Below are positions 1 through 12,012 of a DNA stretch of 64,000 bases, one piece after another (position 1 is the stretch's first letter; every line of letters begins with the position of its first letter). Source of the stretch: Octopus sinensis (taxonomy: Eukaryota); contig NC_043016.1 of the NCBI RefSeq assembly GCF_006345805.1, positions 17,236,001 to 17,300,000 on the forward strand. The letters are read 5' to 3'. The translations under genes and the position numbers were made by a program. The notes below the pieces were generated by a model. The model was not told the DNA's origin. It did not search any database and was given only the letters and a program-made list of their open reading frames with translations.

Positions 1-1371
1 AATGAAATTTAACATTGGCAAATACCTTCATAAAACATCAGAAACACATAAAACAACAAGTAGAAGAGTATATTTGTGGTCATATTCGAAATTTTAGATT
101 CTAGACTTCATCAACAAGAAAGTGTAGCCACAATTTAAAAACAAAACAAACAAACTTAGATATAAATTCGTGCACAGTAAACACCAAATATTAAATAGAA
201 TACTAAATCACCTGTCCTCCAGAAGTCTCAGAGCAATGTATTGTAGCATGAACGTAAATAACATAAATCTCTACAAAAGTTTCCTCATCACAAGAACAAG
301 CTGAAAGCTAACGAAAGTCATGAGATAAATTCAACAGGCAAGATGTAGAGAATTACAAGATGACTACCGCGAGTGTTGCAATAATAATGATAATAATAAA
401 AATAATGGCACATTACTGGAACTGCTCTACAGAAAATGTCTGATATAAATCTTCAGGACCAGACCTTATAACAGGATATGGGTGCAAGACTCTCAATTTC
501 TGTCGCCGAGGTTGAATATAAAAGAATCTTGCGAGATACATAAGAATTTTCCAAATAGTTGTCAGCCTCTCTTAGTATTGTTCCCTTTCTCCAAGATAAC
601 CACATCATCGAAGCTAAAATTACCCCACCCCCACCCAATATGTACATTAGCAGCTCTTTTGTGGTAATTTTTTTTTTATAAGATCTACACTGGATGTTTT
701 AATCTGTTCTTACAGGAGTATTGTGCCAATAAGAATATTATAATATCTGAGCAATGTGAAGCAAAGAATGAAGTATGGGTTATGATTTAAAAAATAATAC
801 AAGAAACGGTGAAGAACTGGAAGAAATTGGTCAGATAACCAGAAGGCATTTAATACTGTACCACATGAGAGAATTGGCAAAGCGTTGCAACTAGCCACAA
901 TGATACAGCCATAATTAGCAGTTATTCAATATCTAACAAGATTTGATACACCACTTTACTTAATTATAGGAGTTATGAACGATCTAATTAAATCCCACGT
1001 CATATATTAGCAAAAAGGTATTGCACTAGGATGGTGTTCTTTGTCCTCTCCTTAAGTCCGTTATTACATCTTCTGAGAAACATGGTATTTACGAAAATGG
1101 CTGCTTTAAATTCAGAAACATCTGACAACTTTTCTTTGTTGAGTAGATAAGCTGAAGTTGTATGGGCCAAAAATTTACGACATGAAAAAATCGAAAAGCA
1201 AACAAGCGGTCTCATTACCCAAAATTCCACCGAAATAAATTTGGTGAGTTCAACGGAAACCTTGTACTTCAGTTTAAAAACAACAACAGAGCCTTAAATG
1301 ACCTAACAATCAGACAGGTGGAAACCAACGGATAAGAACGCCAGATATGATGAACTCGTTAACGTAGAGAT

Positions 1372-1602
1372 GGCGGCGAGCTGGCAGAAACGTTAGCACG
1401 TCGGGCGAAATGCTTAGCGGTCTTTCGTCTACCGCTACGTTCTGAGTTCAAATTCCGCCGAGGTCGACTTTGCCTTTCATCCTTTCGGGGTCGATTAAAT
1501 AAGTACCAGATACGCACTGGGGTCGATATAACCGACTAATCCGTTTGTCTGTCCTTGTTTGTCCCTTCTGTGTGTAGCCCCTTGTGGGCAATAAAGAAAT
1601 AG
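1372..1602 (+). mobile_element. tRNA-derived SINE family A (full length)
   Basis: GGCGGCGAGCTGGCAG head, GAGTTCAAATTCC B-box-like motif, body GCCTTTCATCCTTTCGGGGTCGAT (resembles the Meta/MESC-type SINE domain, from memory) and A-rich tail. Near-identical copies at 3163-3270 (-) and 31381-31597 (+). Confidence 0.85.
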
Positions 1603-2294
1603 GTAACAAATGAATACCACTAAGAGTAAAAAATATGGTTATTACAATTCTTAAGAAAACAGCAATCATATCGTTCCCAACATTTGGCAACCTGTATTTC
1701 GTCTTCTGAATTGGTCACTACGAAAATATAGTGAGGTAGAGTTAAAGATTCGTAATCTGCTTAGGGTTACTGAAAATTCCAACACGAATGGGAATATAGG
1801 CAGATGATATTTCCCACGCAAGGAAAATGACCGTGGTGTTAAATCTCTATCAATATTATATGAAACATGGATTGAATACTGAAGCAACATCTCCAGCAGC
1901 GAAGATATTTCAGCAACTGTCTTGTTAACGTTTACCCACAAGAAAATAAAAACATCATTAGGATAGTTAATGAACTTGAGGAGAAACGCGGAAAAGGAGG
2001 AAAGGCAAAAACGCTGAGACCAATCTTCACCCCCCAAGGAACGTTGGGAAATTCGGAAAGGAAAACACAAAAAATAAAAAGAACTGCAAAAAGGAAAAAC
2101 GTAAAGCAAAGGATATTTCACTCAGAAGCTTATGTATTGGTAAGTAAAGCGAAAAGCAGAGGCAACGAAGTGAATAAACCACACGAAGCACCGACGAGTT
2201 TTTAGCATCTCACCTTGAAGATTGCTTTCATAAAACCCAGGAGCAAGAAAAATACTCGCCATGTATGTTCTATACAGAAGACAAAAGTATATAA

Positions 2295-2307
2295 TACATA
2301 TATATAT

Positions 2308-2341
<34 letters not shown>

Positions 2342-2599
2342 GTGTATTATATATATATACATATGCATATACACATACGCATATGTACATACTTACGAGT
2401 ATATATATATAATATATATGTATGAATATGTGGGCACAGGATGTCACGAAGCACGAGTGCATGAACATGAAGAATTCTTTCGAACAACAAAAGACACAAA
2501 TGGAAAACAAAACAAACAACATAAAAACAACCCTTCATCAGTGTTGGGTGTTTTTCTAGTTTCGTATTTCGAGCATTTAACAACATATATGTATATATA

Positions 2600-2682
<83 letters not shown>

Positions 2683-2716
2683 TATATACATATATATATA
2701 CATATATATTTGTATA

Positions 2717-2764
<48 letters not shown>

Positions 2765-2772
2765 ATATATAT

Positions 2773-2821
<49 letters not shown>

Positions 2822-2836
2822 GTATATATATATATG

Positions 2837-2867
<31 letters not shown>

Positions 2868-2935
2868 GTATATATATATGTATATATATATATATGTATA
2901 TTATATATATGTAATATATATATGTATATATATAA

Positions 2936-2975
<40 letters not shown>

Positions 2976-3097
2976 TATAAATACTATATATATATATATG
3001 TATATATATATATAGATATATATATATATATATATATAGATATATAATATATATATATATAATATATATATATATATACATATATAACATATATATG

Positions 3098-3139
<42 letters not shown>

Positions 3140-3155
3140 CATATATATACATATA
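2295..3155. repeat. (TA)n-rich microsatellite arrays (2295-2420, 2586-3155)
   Basis: Direct reading; source of the YIYIYI pseudo-ORFs. Confidence 0.98.
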
Positions 3156-3162
3156 TGTTGTT

Positions 3163-3270
3163 AAAGGCAAAGTCGACTTCCGCTGAATTTGAACTCAGAA
3201 CGTAGCGGCAGACGAAATACCGCTAAGCATTTCGCCCGGCATGCTAACGTTTCTGCCAGCTCACCGCCTT
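3163..3270 (-). mobile_element. SINE family A, 5' half
   Basis: Reverse complement of the 1372 head. Confidence 0.85.
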
Positions 3271-3989
3271 AGCTATAGCTAATATTGACTGGAAGACTAG
3301 TATTTTTTGGTTGTGCTGTTACATTTCTAGAGCATGAAATAGCTACTAAATATCCGTTGAAGAGGAAAAAATTGCAAGATAACCTCAAAATGCGACCGAA
3401 ATCTACGATTAAGTTGTATGTCTGTGGAAAATACGACATACGTAATATCTTTATCCAAAATATGTGTATATGCCTTCCGCTGTGACATGATACTGTTACT
3501 AAAACAATATACAATCCTAAGGAAAAGGTGCCCTGGGACATAATACAGAAGATATTTCTGGTGTTAAGTATATACATAAGTTTCAACAGTAGCAATATTG
3601 GGACATTCTAATCAAAACTCCACTAAATACAAACACAACAGACCTGATACAGTTGCGTGTGAAAGAAAAGAAAGCTTTATGTACCATCAGCTGTACAACA
3701 GATGTGAACGGACCTTTCAAAATTAAGGGGAAACAAAGAATTCAATGCAACTGTTTCTTTATCCAGTCGTAAATTCAAATAATTATCGACGCGTTTACGC
3801 ATTTCGTTTTTGCAGCAATCTAGAGAAGCTGGTATCACCCTCCTAACATGAAATAATCTAGAAAATCTCGTAGTTCAAAATGGCAAAAGAATTCAAGTCT
3901 GTGTTAGTAGCATAATTTCAATGGTGAAAATTAATAATGTCTTCCATCGGTATGTTGTTGTTTGTTCCTTCTTGAGCCAGTCCATCCCA

Positions 3990-4165
3990 GGTGAGCTGCT
4001 AGATGCAGGAGGAAAGAGAGTTGTGGCGAAAGAGTCTGCCGTTACCTTTTGCCGGAACCGCGTGGGGCGTTCATAAACACACACGTAACCCGGTCTAAGA
4101 TTCGAACCCGCGATCCCTCGACTGCGAGTCCGCTGCTCTATCCACTAGGCCATCTGCCTCCCATC
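3990..4165 (-). mobile_element. tRNA-headed SINE fragment
   Basis: Reverse complement reads GGCAGATGGCCTAGTGGATAGAGC...GGGTTCGAATC (A/B boxes) and continues into non-tRNA body sequence. Confidence 0.7.
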
Positions 4166-4440
4166 AGTATAGGAACATAAATCTATAAGAGAAAGCGGAC
4201 TGATATGGATCAAACTACCACACCGATGCTAATCACACACACGAATCTGATGAAGTTCCATAGTTTTTCCGAGAACAAGACTTTGATCTACCCAAGGGTA
4301 TGGAACAGAAGCCGCCAAAAACTCAGGAGCATCTGATTGCGAAATGAGCATCCTAATCATGCAGTCATACCCGTACTCATGTATACATTACGCACATACA
4401 TACACAAAAGTGTGTGTGTATGTACGCACGCGCGCACACA

Positions 4441-4484
<44 letters not shown>

Positions 4485-6364
4485 TTCATAAATGCAGACA
4501 TATAAATAATAAATACAACGTCGTGTTTTTTAATTGGCACCTTGAAGTATTTACTTTCCCATCTGGTTACACACACCAGAACATCTTAATGTTTCCCGTT
4601 TTTATTATATTTTTTAAATTTTATTTTATTTAATATTTACTCTGTTTTCTTTCCATTTATCTTATGTTATAACAGATTTTGTTTTTTAATTTCTTACTTG
4701 TAAGACATACCACATATGACGGCATACATGACTTGAGGGAATATATTAGCTACTCTGAAAATATAATTTTAGGTTCTGAGGATTGCCACCGGATTTTGCA
4801 TGTTTAGCTACGGCCCTGAATCTTCTAACAGCTAAACAAACACGAAGAACTTTGGGATTTAAAATATATATATATATATTCAAGCTACTAAACAAATATC
4901 AGCGTCACTACCAAAAATGTTCGGAGCTTTAATGCCAGCTGCGATGTTCTCAGAGACTTCCAGGCTGAAACTTAAAAAGCATAACTGAAAAAATTAACAT
5001 CAAGTTACACACAACTAGTTCAAATCAATATGTTTACAAGTAGAAATACACGTACGCTTAATTTGATAATAAAGCCATGCACTTAATGACGGTCTATACG
5101 TAGAAGTATGTTTATTAAGCCACAGTGTGCCTGACAAATTACAAGGGTATCGTTTGAGACGAAATAATCTCAGTTCATCTTATTTGAAATCAGCTTGAAC
5201 GGTGAACTGATCACCGCAACAAGAAAATTGCGAAGGTTCTACTAAATACAGAGCATAAGCGAATGAATTTACACAAAACCCTCATTATCGACACATACAT
5301 ACATATACAAATATATTATTCATTGAAACACTTGCATACAAAAACCTATACACTTGTATGAATGTAAATTGTATACATGTATACGCGGATGTATGAATGC
5401 ATGTATAAAATATAGCGCCGTGATGACCTGCTCTGTTGCTGCTGAATTTGCTGTAAGAATCTTACAAATGTTAAAATTCAGCCTTGCTATATCGAACCAA
5501 GTGGATACCAATATACCAACGTACTTCTTTTGTAAATAAGAAAATAAAGAGTTATGTATATGTTTTAAGGTTGCATTTCTTGTTCCTGACTAATAGTTTC
5601 TGGAATCTAAAGAAAGGAAATTGCGTTGCACACAAGTTGCACCCCAAAAGTGTAAAGAAGCAACCAGTTCCCTTTACACATGTATATACATATACGCTCA
5701 CCCAAACATATTACTTAGATATATGAATACTGTGTGTATGTGTGCGTGAGTATATATATATATATATGCATGTGTAAGTGTAATAAATGCAGAAGTATGT
5801 ATTCGTCATTTTAATTTCTTCGAACTTTTATAAAGATTATAAAGACATGGCTGGTTTCTAGCGAACAACGGAATGTTTAATCTTGAAATTTGCAAGATTT
5901 TCCCCGTTCTAATTACTGACTGAATGATAAGTGTGCTTTAATTCGGTGATTTTCTTTGCCTGAAAACCTCAACTTTTCTAGCTTATTACTTAAAGACTTA
6001 TTTACAAAACCAAGTGCGTCGATGCTTAAAAGCAAAAATGTGAATTTATAAAACGGATTGAAATGTTATATTTCGATTATCTGTTCGTATCCCTTGTCAA
6101 CACACAGACACTTCAAAGAATCTCGATTTCTTTACTTCTCTCCAAACTTCGCCTCAATTCATCGATTACTGTGACTCGTAGCTGTTTATTACTGCTTTAA
6201 AAAGTCTGCTTTAGTACACATCCATATACTGCATAATACTCTCACTTCTCCAAGTACTGTAGCTCCTTTTGTTCTATGTTAATTATCCTGATTGCAATTG
6301 TGCTTCACTCCTAATCCATCAAAGCTAGCTAATGTGCTAAAGACACGCATACCCATAAAGTAGT

Positions 6365-6535
6365 TTTTAAGGAGATTCGGTGAGACACTGAATGTGACAA
6401 GGCTGGCCCTCTTGAATTACGAGTAAAACTCGGTTTTTGCCAGCTGAGTGAACTGGAGCAACCTGAAATAAAGTGCTTTGCCGGGAATCGAACTCACGAC
6501 CTTGCGATCGTGAGCCGAATATCCCTAGCCACCTA
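6365..6535 (-). mobile_element. SINE fragment related to family B
   Basis: Shares TGAACTGGAGCAAC.TGAAATAAAGTG and GAACTCACGACC...TGAGCC with 62220-62340. Confidence 0.65.
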
Positions 6536-6549
6536 CCTGCGGTCTTTAT

Positions 6550-6975
6550 TTATCTTCTATCCCTCAGAAGCTTCCTCTCACATCATATAATCACAGTGTG
6601 TTCTGAGCGAGCAGTCCGTCCATTTGTCACTTCTCGTCTCTCAAAGTTTCAGAATATCTTTCACACTCTTTTCTCTTCGTGTTAGATACCCGTTTGCTGT
6701 CACTTCTAATCGCGCTCAATCCAATGCCAATGAATTTTCTTATTAAGCTTTCTCACACATGCAGTCAAGACACGGCTTTAAATTTGCGCTACATCCATAA
6801 AGAGAAATTCGGAAAACATTTTGTAATAAGACATAACAAACTTTACTGACTGAGTTCCTAAAGACATGATCACTGCTTACATCATAAAAATATTCCTTTA
6901 TCTCACCTTCACTAACCATGAATTGCACGCGATTAAAACTCCCAAATATTGGCTTCAAAGTTTGGTACAAAGCCT
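6550..6975 (-). mobile_element. Highly decayed LINE RT remnant
   Basis: Minus frame LQALYQTLK...VSEGEIKEYF loosely resembles the LINE RT segment before domain 4. Weak. Confidence 0.35.
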
Positions 6976-6979
6976 GCAG

Positions 6980-7155
6980 ATTTGGGGAAGGGATAAATCA
7001 ACTACATCGAACCCAGTACTCAACTAATACTTATTTCATCGACCCCGGAAGGATTAAAGGCAAAGTCGACCTCGACAGAATTTGAGCTCAGAACATACGA
7101 AATGTCACTGAGCATTTTGGATGGTGTGCTAACGATTCTGCCAACCCTCCGCCTT
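6980..7155 (-). mobile_element. SINE family A (diverged)
   Basis: atcgacccc..ggattaaaggcaaagtcgacctcg...gaatttgagctcagaac = reverse complement of the family A core. Confidence 0.8.
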
Positions 7156-8184
7156 AAAAGCTCTCAAATATTAATACTTATAATCGCTGATGATCTTCCC
7201 CGCCAACCTCGTATACCTAACGAAGCTCTAAATCTGTGCCCTAAGAACTTCTCCCTCTTCAGGTCTAAAAAATACTTCACTTTGCGATCTTGTATAAAGT
7301 TCAAGAGCTACAATGGAATCCTGCTTTCAAATTAGGGATGCTGCTGAAATCTTAAGGCGATCTTAAGGCATCATACGGATGAAGGTAGTTCGATTAACTA
7401 GCAAAGACTCACTAATTAATATACTACAACTTATGGCCCATAGATGCGCTGTTTTTACTCTTCTTCTCTCTGTCTATTCTATTCTGTCATAACGGCTTCT
7501 TATTCCTGCCTAGCTGCTTAACACGTCCACCCTTGCCCACCCATTAAACTCGTCTCCCCCATACTGTGTCTCACCACCCAGACTCCGCACTAACTCAGTG
7601 CCTCTTCTGCAGAACATCAATTCTAAAAAAACCCGTCTCCACTGTAGCTATCTTTTCTTTTTCTTTAGACATGACTTACAGATGTTCAAGCTTAACGTAA
7701 ACCACACGTATCTCACCAGTGACGGGGAGCCTGCAGCGAAGATGAACCCATTCCGCCCCCTTTCTTCTGACTAACCATTAAAATAAAAACAACGCCAAGT
7801 GATGTCGAATACAGTGCTGCTGTTAAGCTTGTGAACACCATTCACTGCAGCAACATCAACATCAACAACAACAACAATAACGAATGCAATGCACCACATA
7901 TTGCTTGTATCAACAATTTTTAACATATGTACAAGACAGTAGTAATAATGATTTCTTTTATTGGCCACAAGGGCCCAAGACACGGGGGAAAATATCGAAG
8001 GACGAGTTGCAGCACACAAACAACAAAACAAAACAAAAAGCTGAAAATACAAAAACAGGTGGCGTTTACTTTGAAAAAAAAAAAAGGGAGATGCTACCAC
8101 ATTAAAGGGCATAACAGGGAATATATTATAGAAATTAGAGAAATAAATGGTAAACAAATAAATAATTAGAATACCCCACTTAGG

Positions 8185-8645
8185 GTAATTCGGGGATGAA
8201 AGTGCCCCCTTCCAGTTTCTTTATTCCTGCTTAGGAAAGCCTTTTCAGAACCGATCCATTCAGTCTCACCAGTCTTACCATTGTCGACCACCTTTTGGTA
8301 AACATCCCAGAACGCAGCACCTCATTCTCTACCCTCATCTTCCTCTTCAAGTGATATTTGAATATAAAAAAAAAACCGATGAGGGCTTAGATAGTAATGT
8401 GCCTGTCTTAAAACCTTTCAGACGGGTCCACCACACAGCCCCCCTTTTTTTTTTTTGACACAGCAACTAAGCAGAGAAAGATCTACTTTCATTCTCTGCC
8501 GAGGGAAGGGGAAGGTGGTGCGTCGATCTTCACTATACATTCCGTAGACAATCTGGTCCTGGATACACAAACAGGAGGGTGGTCATAACTGGAACGTCTT
8601 CAACCATGTCTGTTCGATCTGGTCTGACATGGGATTAACTTCTCA
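8185..8645 (-). mobile_element. 3' remnant of a Tx1/L1-type LINE
   Basis: Minus frames give IFLCLVAV...VWWTRLKGFKTG and RKMRVENEVL...FTKRW, resembling Tx1-clade ORF2 C-termini. Recognition by resemblance. Confidence 0.55.
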
Positions 8646-8715
8646 GCCGCCCACTACACCACCACCACCACCACCATAACAACAACATCAACAACGACAG
8701 TACGAACAAAAGAAC

Positions 8716-9991
8716 AAAGCTTAACTGCTGAGCTTTCAGTTTATCGTCATTTTCAAAGCCTTCCATGCCCACCCACCAGGCCATCAGGAGATAATATACA
8801 GAATGTGTTGTTTTTTAATCATTTCCGGGTAGGGCAAGGAACTCACAGAAGAGCCTCATTATTAGTATCGAAGAATGATGATGAATCGATCAAATGTTTG
8901 TGATAAGAAATTGATAAAACTCATCGAACAACATATAAAACAGAGGCCGGAAAACTCACACGGAAAAGTTATACTGCACTTTTTGATGAACGAGAGAAAT
9001 TTCCTCACTTGAGGGGAAAGCGTCGGTAAAAAGTCAATAGTTGTTCGGGTATGTCTGGATTATGGATTCCTATACCTCTCTCAGTACTTCTTCTGTCGCT
9101 AAAAACGAATTTTTACCCATCCCCACTAAATTATTGTGACGCTAGTGGTTGGTTAATCATTGATTTTATATGAGTAGAAAGTAAATTTGTCAAAGACGGA
9201 AGTTGATAGTGGATGTTTGCCACTGACGATGTACAACGACCCATAAATCATGATTAAATAAATCCAGCACCACTACTCGTCACTTTTTCTCTGCTTCTGA
9301 CACACTACTGTACAATTTAACATTATACGTCCATACAAGAAGCTTTCTCAAGACAGGATACCATAGTTTTGCGGCTTTTTACAGTTATGTCCACGCTAAG
9401 TAAGATATACAGATTACTATTCTGAACTAATTCTGCTTTTGTCGTTAATAATGAAATTTTACTTAGCCTGTCAGCTAATTAAAACATGTTAATCATTGTT
9501 TTTATATATCAGTAAAGAGTAAATTTGTCTAAACATTCTGTTTCTAATGGATACTTGCTGCTGATGATGTGCAAATATGCAGAAATCTAGGTTTTGTAGT
9601 TCTTCTGCCAGTGCTTTTCGTCTGTCACAGATAAACTTCAGTGCTTTTTAACAATATACATCGGTATAAGCAGCTTTTTCATGAAAAATATTGCAGCTTT
9701 GTGGCTTTCGATAATACATCCATTTGTATTGATTGATAAATATTCGTATTGTCAAGGATATAGAATTTTTATTAGTCGGTAGTATTCATGCAAAGTCCGG
9801 GAAGCCGGTGAACGTTAATTTGGACAACTATGAAAACTAAATCTGAGAGAAACTCTTCTGTGAGTTCCTTGCCCTACCTGGAAATGATTAAAAAAAACAA
9901 CACATTCTGTATATTATCTCCTGATAGCCTTGGTGGGTGGGCATGGAGGACTTTGAAATTGACGATAAACTGAAAGCTCAGCTGTTAAGTT
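8716..9991. mobile_element. ~1.28-kb segment bounded by ~140-bp inverted repeats (foldback-like)
   Basis: 8716-8853 (aagcttaactgctgagctttc...gaactcacagaagag) is the near-exact reverse complement of 9854-9991 (ctcttctgtgagttcc...gctcagctgttaagttt). No convincing TSD. Confidence 0.85.
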
Positions 9992-11104
9992 TTATCTGTA
10001 GCAACAAAAGCCCTTTTATAAACTTATTTTCCCACAACAAAAAAAAAAAAAAAGGAAGAGAAAAAAGTTTCTCTCCCCGAAACAACAACAAAAACAATAA
10101 CGTAGCAACAACTACAACAATTAACTAGAAAATGTTGGTAACTAACGATCAGACTTTAAACAGCTGGGGGGGGGGGGAAATGTCAGCATCGCTCGCCTGG
10201 TGGGATGAGCAGTAAAGTAGGTGAACCCTGTTTCATCACCCAAACACGCCATGAAAGATGTAGACTATCACAAGAACATTGTAAAGTCTACTCCGGTACG
10301 AAATCAACCATAATTCAAACCCTAAAATGTGACACATGTTCAAGCGAATGCATACTCACACACACACACACACGCGCACGCACAAAATCCACACACGTAC
10401 GCACACACACTCTTTTATAAACAAGTCGTAACATCAACTTAACTCGTCAAAATTTGTACCCAGAAAATATCAGAACAGTGTATCTCTTTTTTTTGCATGT
10501 ATTTCTTATTTCCTCATATTTTTTTTTTTAATATCTTTTACGCCCATCTGTCTGCAATTGCTCTGTTCTACATCTATCTCTTCATTTGCTAACTCGACTC
10601 TTGTTTTTTGTACTGTCTGTTTCTTAATTTCACTCTCTCACCTCATCCGTTGTCTAAAACTGAAATAGGTCACTTGCTATTCTGCTGGTAAGAAATATAA
10701 TTTCGAGAAAAAGACGTAATTTGGATTTCAACAACGTTGATTATTCTGAAATATAAACTGACCGAAAACCCATCTATCTGACAGGCTTTCATGAAAAACG
10801 ACTTCTTTTTTTTGTCATGTATACGATTTCAGTGATGCAAACTCAGATAATTTTTAATAGTTAAACAGACATGGGCGCAACAAATAAAATCCTTAGATAT
10901 GAAGTGTAGGTTTTTATTATATCAGATTTTCATTCGTTTATTGTTAAAAACAGACATTCAAGTTAATATAAAGCATAAAAAGACTGCAGATAAATTTGAA
11001 ACAAATTTTATTCTGTCGAAATTGGAAAATATTTTCCAAATGTCACAAGTCCATCATAGAGAGCTTCTTGGTGGTAAACGGAGGCTAATACATGATAAAA
11101 TACT

Positions 11105-11324
11105 TTTCATCTGGAACTTCGGTTCTTGGGGACAGTATCAGAAGGTATCAAGAGAAATATAATGGAAATCGGAATAGAGTGCCCAGTAGAACTGTTAGAA
11201 AAGGTTTGCCTCTTTGGCACGGCCAGAATAATCAGGAAAGTATTAGGTAGCTGAAAAGAACAGATGGTGATGCCATGGGCTGGAGGAGTTACAACAAAAC
11301 CTGAGATAAAAATAACAAATAACA

Positions 11325-11352
<28 letters not shown>
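11105..11352 (+). mobile_element. 3' end of an R4/Dong-type LINE with (TAA)n tail
   Basis: FLGTVSEGIKRNIMEIGIECPVELLEKVCLFGTARIIRKVLGS* is the typical R4 RLE C-terminus; a short 3'UTR then (AAT)n follow. Confidence 0.8.
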
Positions 11353-11355
<3 letters not shown>

Positions 11356-11984
11356 TGCCCTGATGCAGTACCAATGCCCTGATGCAGTACCAATGCCCTG
11401 ATGCAGTACCAATGCCCTGATGCAGTAATAAATGCCCTGATGCAGTACCAAGCAGTGGCTCTCATGGCTTCTGATCTTAACTGATTGGAAGTGTTATCAT
11501 GTACATTGTTTTGTCTTGGTATAAAAGATGGGCTACAGCAAATATTCTGCTCAATACCACAGATTTGCTTGTCAGTTGTTTGACCTTAACCAGTTGAGCA
11601 TGTCCCTTTGTGGCTGACGATATGTGCATCTCTGATCACGAGCAGAAGTAGTGGGGAAGCATCAGAGCCATGTGTTGAGAGGGATTCTTTGGGGTTTGAA
11701 TAGTTCACCTCTGGAAACATGGGTGGTTCTTTCAACATCCTTAAACAACCCTTATTCAGGGACCGCTAGAGCGGGATGGGCTACTCAACCTGAAGAAAAT
11801 TCTAACTGGGCCCCACCTGCAAGGTCATGTGCTGTTTATCTTGATATGAGATCACCATGTCGCGCACATATGGTTGTGATGCATGTGCCTGGTGTAGCCT
11901 TATCAGACGGGTAGTCATGATGGGTATACTGGGCTTCGTATATTTTACCCCAGTGTCACTTTGATGGCATGCACTGCTGCTCTC
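11353..11984. mobile_element. ~630-bp non-coding interspersed element sitting between two (TAA)n tracts, with five 19-bp tandem units at one end
   Basis: AATGCCCTGATGCAGTACC x5 at 11354-11449; sharp boundaries with (AAT)n at both ends; no meaningful ORF. Confidence 0.6.
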
Positions 11985-12012
11985 AATAATAATAATAATA
12001 ATAATAATAATA

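Larger units (their letters stand above)
1..3870 (+). mobile_element. Old, fragmented R4/Dong-clade (RLE-type) LINE, interrupted by SINEs and (TA)n arrays
   Basis: Collinear degenerate motifs on +: DNQKAFNTVPHE (~835, RT), VDKLKLYG (~1145), YFPRKENDRGVKSL (~1810), LPL*HDTVTKTIYN (~3475), YWDILIKT and KHNRPD (~3600-3660, RLE). Many stops and frameshifts; the left boundary is uncertain. Confidence 0.7.

Noticed and set aside
2462-2550. Minus-strand CTGATGA...GAAA with palindromic agaattct
   Set aside because: Stem II is mostly G.U, the stem I partner is out of register by 1-2 nt, and there is no repeat context.
2340-3090. Long ORFs (235-268 aa) here and at 29669-30475
   Set aside because: YIYIYI translations of (TA)n microsatellites; stop-free by composition only.
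9900-9970. CTGATAG/CTGATGG...GAAA inside the inverted arms
   Set aside because: The core is mismatched and there is no room for stem III or an NUH triplet.
11354-11449. CRISPR-like short direct repeats (also the ~62-bp units at 42618-42865)
   Set aside because: Head-to-tail units with no unique spacers, eukaryotic context and no cas genes.
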